From: Heteronotia binoei
Taxonomy: Eukaryota
Direction of reading: 5' to 3'
NCBI RefSeq assembly: GCF_032191835.1
Contig: NC_083226.1
Coordinates: 139,376,001-139,440,000 of the forward strand
DNA: 64,000 nucleotides
The notes under the pieces are model-generated. The model had not been told where the DNA came from. It searched no databases and worked only from the letters and a program-made list of their open reading frames with translations. Below, one piece after another: positions 56,652 to 64,000 of the stretch; the first letter of the stretch is position 1; each line of letters starts with the position of its first letter. The translations under genes and the position numbers were made by a program.

Positions 56652-56926
56652 CACCCGTGGCACAGAGCGGTAAAGCTGCAGTACTGCAGTCCAAGCCCTC
56701 TGGTCATGATCTGAGTTTGATCCTGGCGGAAGCTGGGTTCAGGTAGCCAACTCAGCCTTCTGAGGTCGGTAAAATGAGTGTCCAACTTGCTGGGGGGAAA
56801 CTGTAGATCACTGGGGAGGGCAATGGCAAACCACCCCATACAAAGTCTGCTGTGAAAACATCATGATACGTCACCCCAGAATCGGAAATGACTGGTGCTT
56901 GCATAGGGGATTACCTTTACCTTTTA
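56652..56926 (+). mobile_element. Squam2-like SINE
   Basis: Collinear with the 6976 and 30778 copies. Confidence 0.75.
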
Positions 56927-56944
56927 CTTAATCTTAGCTGTATT

Positions 56945-57135
56945 CAGGGTTTTTTTTTTTTTAGCAGGAACGCAGTTCCAGCTGGCTTGGTGTCAGGGGG
57001 TGTGCCTTAATATGTAAATGAATTCCTGCTGGGTCTCACCTACAAAAGCCCTATCTGAAACAATGGTGGTGCCAGGGGGTGTGGCCTAATATGCAAACAA
57101 GTTCCTGCTGAGCTTTTTCTACAAAAAAGGCCCTG
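56945..57135. mobile_element. hAT MITE related to the 20.4-kb family
   Basis: CAGGG / CCCTG ends; perfect TSD GCTGTATT; shared GTGTGGCCTAATATGCAAA motif. Confidence 0.8.
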
Positions 57136-57357
57136 GCTGTATTTATGTATCTTGACTGTCTAATTAGCCCTTCCTGGCAACTAAAAGTTACACTTGAGGA
57201 AATCTGATAGTGTATCTGAGAAAACATGTTTGTGTGCATGCTGTCTCAGCTCTTGCTTACACTGAGAACTTTATTGGTCTTGGAGGTGTAACTGGATATA
57301 AACTTAATTCTCATGTATATTCATTAATTCTTGTATTTATATGCTAATATGCTGCCA

Positions 57358-57885
57358 ATCATAAGAACATAAGAGAAGCCATGTTAGATCAGCCAATGGC
57401 CCATCCAGTCCAACACTCTGTCACACAGTGGCAAAAAAAAAATTATATATATACACACACACTGTAACTAATAGCCACTGATGGACCTCTGCTCCATATT
57501 TTTATCTAAACCCCTCTTGAAGGTGGCTATGCTTGTGGCTGCCACCACCTCCTGTGGCAGTGAATTCCACATGTTAATCACCCTTTGGGTGAAGAAGTAC
57601 TTCCTTTTATCCATTTTAACCTGTCTGCTCAGCAATTTCATTGAATGCCCACGAGTTCTTGTATTGTGAGAAAGGGAGAAAAGTACTTCTCTACTTTCTC
57701 CATCCCATGCATTATCTTGTAAACCTCTATCATGTCACCCCACAGTCGACGTTCCTCCAAGCTAAAGAGTCCCAAGTGTTTCACCCTTTCTTCATAGGGA
57801 AAGGGTTCCAGCCCTTTAATCATTCTAGTTACCCTTTTCTGGACTTTCTCCAATGCTATATCCTTTTTGAGGTGCGGCAACCAGA
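57358..57885 (-). mobile_element. CR1 LINE 3' fragment
   Basis: LEKVQKRVTRMIKGLEPFPYEERVKHLGLFSLEERRLWGDMIEVYKIMHG, plus a TTCTTATG-type tail. Confidence 0.9.
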
Positions 57886-60446
57886 ATCACAAGTCTTAAC
57901 CGCCTTAATCCAATCTCAGCCACACTGATCGCTCAGTTACTTATGCATCGTGTCTCTAACTAGCCCTTCATGGTAACTAAAACATCTCTCCCCATATGTA
58001 AGGCGTGAGAAAAACAGTTTCTATGTATTTGAGGAAGTGTGCATGCACACAAAAGCTTATACAAGAATTAAACTCTGTGGGTCTTAAAGATGCCACTGGA
58101 CTAAAACTTTGTTCATGTCCTTCCAGTTCTTCAGTTCCAGCCTATCGGGTTTTATGTTGTTTTACTAGGAAGCTTTGCTGTTAAGACTCAAATATCATAT
58201 TTTGCAATCTGCTTATTGCTTGACTGAATACTTCTGTCACATTTGCAACCCACCTTGTTCCAATGAGAAAGGTAAACTATAAATGAAAATAAGATCTAGT
58301 CCATTGTACTGTTTCACACTGTTGCCGAGGGCCACAGCAAAGGCCAGGGCCTTCCGATGCTGCTGCCTCTTGGGCCCCAGCATTCAAAAGTTCTTCATAA
58401 ATCTCTCATCCCCTTTTAAAGCCATCTATGCCCATAGCCATCACTACACTTACTAGCAATGAGTTCCAGTTTGATTACGCATTGGGTAAATAAGTATTTC
58501 CTTTGTCTTGAACCTCTTTCTCAATAACTTCATTGGAAAATATCTTGGCTAAAACTGGCACAATCTACCTTAGATTGGGGTCTTCTAATTCAATAAGGTT
58601 ATTATCTTAGCTAGATCTGGGCCTCCCCACCTTTTTTACTGAACAAAAGTACTTTACATGTACTTTCCTGTTGCTTGAATTGTATGTTATAACATCTAGC
58701 TCTGTACCTCCATTGACCGGATTTGAAAATTAACTTATCCTATGTGGCCATTTCACCCTCACCTACTCAGACTAATTACTTTTTAATTGGATCTTACTTT
58801 ACCTGTACCCCATAAAAAAACTGGGACTGAACTGCCTCATAAACTACTGTGTAACAATAACCTTTGCGTCCTTTCAATGAGACCCCCACATGGAATAATT
58901 TACAACAGGGCTGTCAGTTAAAAACTTTCCTTTGTTTGTAAATTGGTTTACAGAGGCAACCATAAAATAATCACACTCCATGAGGAACTGGAGTGACACC
59001 TTCTATACAGAAATAGATAATTAATCTTTAAGGTACCAGAAGACTAAAATGGGACAGAAGGAAGACATGTGTAGGGAGGAAATTTCAAAAACAGTGGGAG
59101 GGAAACCTTACAAATTTTCAGAATTTGTGTTGAACAATTAATTCTATAAATGTCAAACTTCTAGAACACTTATATCAAAGAGTGAAAGAACTATAATTCC
59201 AGAGCAGAAGAGTCTCTGTGCAAGACTCCTGTATGCCCTACTTTACAATTAAGGCAATACTGAAACCAACAAGAGTGTCACATACTAAGCAGAATTTTTC
59301 ACTACAGACATTTTTCAGGCTAGCTACTGCTGGAGGGAGTAAAGGGGAGGAAGCTACCTGAGGGTCAGCTATTTTTGAAAAAGGCTAGAGTGTGACTGTA
59401 CTGTTGTCTCAGCAATATGTTTCCAAGAAAATGGCTGCAGCTGAGTAGCACTTCAAACACAATGGAGTAGAAGACCAGTGATTTCACGATAAAATCTGCT
59501 AGTACTGGAGCTAGGATCAGGCACTAAGGACCCCATTTTGTGCAGAAGGCTCTAACCCAGACCTACAGCAGAATGGGGTGGTGAACAGAATCTGGGTCCC
59601 TTTCTAAGGCCCACCCTGCAAGAATTGGTGAAGCAGTATTAACTGGACAAAAGTATTATCACTAAGCAAAAAGGTTAAAAGAACAAGTCATGGTAAGTTA
59701 TTGCAGGCGTATGTAGAAAACAAGATCAAGGCTACTGGTCCTGTTACAGTTAAACTAGGAGACTTCCCTGGACCATACTTAGGTTTCATTTGTAAAGAAC
59801 TAGTATTTTGCCCCATGTCTTTTTGGTAATGGCTGTTACTTTACAAAGCTTGTACTTTTTGCCTTGAGGCAAGTAGCTGGACTGAGGCATGGGCTGTTAA
59901 CAGATTGACCAACCACCTGCTTAAATGCATGCTATAATCTTCAATTATACACAGGCTGCCTTTTGGACATCAGATGACCCAGCAGGCTTCATAGTACATC
60001 TGCATGAATCTACCCGACTCAGACCAGAGCTCCAATGTGCAGATACTTACCAGTAGGTTACCCATGCCCCAGCATATTTACCTTCTATTAATGGAGTGGG
60101 TGGTATACAAGGGAAGAAAAGTGGTATTATGCAGAGAACCTTTTGAGTGAGACCTTGCATTTTACTCAGCCATTAGAGCAAGTTAAGCTGGTTGTGGTAT
60201 ATTCAATTACATGGGTCTCATTTAAGCATTCTTCGTCTAAAGCTTTGGTGTAAATAATTTACTGCTAACTTCACTCTAGGAGACAAATTTAATAGTTTCA
60301 AGTTGCATGCTAAAGCGCTAGGCCCTTTGTAGTGTTCTCCTGCAATCTGCACAATAAAGCTGCAGTTCCAATTTAAGGTTATTGAATCACGACACACTCC
60401 TCCCCTTTAATTAAGTCATCAAAAGTGCTACAGTAAAAAGGAAATG

Positions 60447-60485
60447 TTTATTAAAATTTTAAGTAACAATATATTTATATATACA
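60447..60485 (-). promoter_or_regulatory. CCNB1 3'UTR cis-elements: Pumilio element, CPE and overlapping AATAAA
   Basis: Minus strand TGTATATA (60485-60478) and TTTTAATAAA (60456-60447). Confidence 0.7.
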
Positions 60486-60518
60486 AACATGAATAGTGAC
60501 ACATGGTGTCAACTTGGT

Positions 60519-61902
60519 CTAAGTATTTATTTTGACAGTACTTTTAGCCAGATCCTGTATGATTGCTGAGTTCAGTGCTGGAAGGGTGCTAATTTTTGCA
60601 TGCTTGCTGCTGGCATACTTGTTCTTGACAGTCTATAAAGGAGAAAACTTCATGTTAATTCTTGAAGTTTAGTGTGGTTACTGTACAATCAGGACCATAT
60701 TATGGAACAAGAACAGCAATTATGCCCCATACATGTTCAAGAGACTCAGGCTTTATAGGCAATGGCTTTTACAGAGTCCCCTCACCCAGCCCAGACCTTT
60801 AGTCTTGCGGTTCACTATACCTGCCCATACTTTGAAAGTTGTCAGAGGGATCTCATGCAGAGACAAATTCCAGCACAGCTGAACTACAGTCATACTACAT
60901 AAATCAATCTGCAAAGGCTGTGTTCGGATTTCCATTCTGTAATCTATGACAGTAGTCTTCAACCTTTCCAGACACAGGGCAGAATATCATGTGACAGGAA
61001 GGGTAGCCAGACTTATGACCTCACCAGCATCAAGAGAGCCAAGGACACAAGCCATACACAGCTAGTGAGGAACAAGCCATTTCAGCTACAGGGTGGAAAA
61101 GACTCCTCTTCTTGCTCTTCAACATGCAAACTGAGAGACATGTATGCATGAGTGTTAACCATCCAGCAGGTGGGACTCAGACCAGTGGGTTGGGATCCCC
61201 AGGCAGGTCAACAGTTACAAGTATTGGGAGCAGCTGGATGTACTGTAGGAAACTGTATACATTTGCTTACCATGTGCTTGGTAAGGCCTCTGTTCACCAG
61301 CATCACATTCTTTGCCATATGCTGCATGACAGGAAGAAGGTCACTTTCAGTGTAGTACATGTAGTGTTGCAAGGTTGGGGTCTAGAGATGAAAATGTGTG
61401 GGTTAACTTGGGTTGCCAAGATCTCCAGCTGAAGGTCACCCTGTTTCACACGCTTCTGAAGTATTAGGTAGCATTCTCTTAGCTCAACTGTCATGTTGTA
61501 TATATGCACAAGCTGTCAATATCAACTTAATGCTGAAAAGTTTCCATCTAGTAGATGGTTAAGACTGATAGAGGAAGCTTTTAAGTCTTCAGCTTAGCCG
61601 TTGGCTGCCCTGCACATTTAGCTCCACCTTTCAAACATCTTCCACAATGATGTTTGCTTTTACCTTTGAAGAGGCTACTCCTCAGGATTACATCTCCGCA
61701 CCCTCATTTCCAACCCCTTACCCTGTAACTCAGGGCCATGACTCCAGGCTCTGGTACTCACCCATTCTCCCTCATCAAGGATTTTGGTAGACAAACAATA
61801 GGCAGAAGCAGCAATCTGAGATGGAGGGAAGTGTATCATGTCATAATCCAACAGTGAGAGTTCCATCAAGTATTTTGACAGCGTGTGTTGCTGTATATCC
61901 GC
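60519..61902 (-). CDS. CCNB1: Cyclin B1, partial: last three coding exons; upstream exons lie beyond the window end
   Basis: Exons 61902-61762 ([47 protein letters not shown]), 61381-61271 ([37 protein letters not shown]), 60632-60519 ([37 protein letters not shown]). B1 rather than B2 from sequence and adjacency to CENPH. Confidence 0.96.
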
Positions 61903-62112
61903 CTGCAGGAGGGCAAATTAGAGCAAGCTTTGTACCCTTTCCTTTAAAGGCTCAGGTCATCAAGGCCTCTTCAATCCCACATCAAAACCAAGATATGACA
62001 AATGTTATTGTACTGGGGAGCAGAGGCACAGATGCCTCCTTAACAGTTCTTTTAAGGAACTCAGGCTGAAGTGGATCCACTTCTCCCTTACAATTAAGAG
62101 TACTGATAACTA

Positions 62113-62672
62113 CCGTATTTTTCGCACCATAAGGCGCTCCGGAGGATAGGACGCACCTTCCTCCTGGGGGGCGATCTGCTGCCTCTTCCTCCGATCCAGC
62201 ACTTCCCCCGCACCTGCTTGCCTGGCTCCATCTTCTTAAGGCAAGCGTGGGATTGCTCCACGTGGCCCCAGCGCTTCGCAAGCGCCGGCTGCGGAGGGGG
62301 CAGCGTGCTTCCTACTTCCCTGTGTGCCTGCCTTCAGCTGTGATGTTTAAAGCAAGCACTGGGATCGGAGGGGGGAGGGAGCAATCCCAGCGCTTGCTTT
62401 AAACATCACAGCTGAAGGCAGGCACACAGGGAAGTAGGAAGCACGCTGCCCCCTCCGCAGCCGGTGCTTGCGAAGCGCTGGGGCCACGTGGAGCGATCTC
62501 ACGCTTGCCTGAAGATGGAGCCAGGCAAGCAGGCACGGGGGAAGCGCCGGATCGGAGGAAGAGGCAGCAGATCGCCCCCTCGCCCCCCGAAGGTACGTAC
62601 CTTCGGACCATAAGACAGACACACTTTCCCGGGGGGGGGGGGGGAGTGCGTCTTATGGTCCGAAAAATACGG
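62113..62672. mobile_element. Tc1/mariner (pogo-like) non-autonomous foldback element in a CCNB1 intron
   Basis: TIRs CCGTATTTTTCGCACCATAAG / CTTATGGTCCGAAAAATACGG, TA on both sides, internal ~200-bp inverted arms. Confidence 0.85.
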
Positions 62673-63154
62673 TAGGTTCTGTTTAACAAAGCTGACGAGT
62701 ACAGCCATAACCTAACTTCCACAGGTGGCCCTGGCCACCCATGAAACCACATGTCTCTGCAAGTCCCACTCAAATTAGTTTGGTCTTCTGATTTGCAAAT
62801 GCCTTCAGGAGACTTCAGGTGCCACCCAGCAACAGAAGGAGGTAAGTGGTATTGTTTAGGGGACAGAAAATTCAGGGGATGAAAGGAGCAGAAGAGAGCC
62901 ACTGAGGACAGGAAGAGCAGGCAAATCAAGTAGTTAGGTGGTTGGGGCAGAAGTAGGCGGGAGAAGGAAAGCACACAGGGCAAGGCTACAAGGGCTGTGT
63001 CAGATCTTTAGTCAGCAGGGTGTTTGGCCATGGCTGGCATGGGAAGAAAGAGTGGGATATCTTCTACCCTAAGGGGTGTCAGTTCTCCATGTGTTTCCTT
63101 TTATATACCATAGCTTAAGCACAGTGAACTACAGCGTACAAAGGTTATATCTGC

Positions 63155-64000
63155 AAAGAACCTGGACCGGGCTTTGCAGGCTGTTGCAACGTGGCTTAGA
63201 CTGAGTGGGCTGAAGTTAAATCCAGCGAAGACAGAGGTTCTCCATGTGGGTCGTGGCACTCTGGGGAAGGAAATCTCTCCTGGCCTTTGACGGGGCGCCG
63301 CTGAAGACGGCGCAGCGGGTAAAGAGCCTGGGTGTCTTACTGGAGCCTTCATTATCAATGGAGGCCCAGATAACAGCCACTGCCAAGTCAGCATTCTTCC
63401 ATCTGAGGCGGGCGAGGCAGTTGGCCCCTTTCCTAGAGCGTCAGGACCTAGCAATGGTGATCCACGCAATGGTCACCTCAAGACTGGACTACTGTAACGC
63501 TCTCTACATGGGGCTGCCTCTGTACCGGACCCGGGAGCTGCAGCTGGTGCAGAATGCGGCGGCCAGGCTGTTACTTGGTCTCCCAAGATGGGAGCATATA
63601 CAGCCGGGGCTGCACGGACTGCACTGGCTGCCAATTGTATACCGGATCCAGTACAAAGTGCTGGTCATAACCTTTAAAGCCCTATATGGCCAAGGACCAA
63701 CCTACCTAAGGGACCGTCTCTCCCCATATGAGCCCCAGAGAGCACTGTCAGTAGGAAAAAGCAGACTGAATATCCCTGGGTCAAAAGAAGTCAAACTTCA
63801 AAGCACCCGCACTCGGGCCTTTTCCGCTGCGGCCCCACAATTCTGGAACCAGCTCCCAGAGGAGGTGCGGGCCCTGCGGAACTTAGATCAGTTCCGCAGG
63901 GCCTGCAAGACCGTCCTCTTCAAACAGGCGTTTACCAATAACTGAATTAACGTTTACAGTTAGATTAATAATGTTTACCGCCAGTGTTGAATTAGGAATG
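63155..64000 (+). mobile_element. L2 LINE 3' fragment, same family as the 48-51 kb copy, antisense in a CCNB1 intron
   Basis: ORF 63244-63945: SLGVLLEPSLSMEAQ..RLDYCNALY..LQLVQNAAARLL..LHWLPI..RAFSAAAPQFWNQLP, collinear with 48218-48895. Confidence 0.93.

Noticed and set aside
62700-63100. Search for the next upstream CCNB1 exon
   Set aside because: No cyclin-box peptide found on the minus strand; that exon lies beyond position 64000.

Overview
Vertebrate genomic DNA, not prokaryotic. It is a squamate reptile, most likely a gecko; this is inferred from Squam3-like SINEs, young L2 LINEs, Penelope remnants and many hAT MITEs. Four minus-strand protein-coding genes keep the order known from human 5q13.2: the 3' end of CCNB1 (last 3 coding exons), complete CENPH (9 exons, 263 aa), complete MRPS36/KGD4 (4 exons, 106 aa) and complete CDK7 (12 exons, 343 aa). 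All exons were read by hand with GT-AG boundaries and consistent frames. Left of CDK7 there is an unassigned CpG-island promoter (~5.4-6.7 kb) with splice signals and a CTCF motif but no coding sequence I recognise; CCDC125, the human neighbour, was not found. The rest is intronic or intergenic DNA dense in transposons. I found no convincing novel multi-gene system. The best leads are degenerate minimal hammerhead-ribozyme motifs in Penelope termini, the orphan CpG island with a duplicated 64-bp exon-start block, a young L2 beside a CENPH donor site, and a ~200-bp-arm foldback element in CCNB1. Most ORFs in the supplied track are spurious. TE family names are pattern recognition, not database hits.
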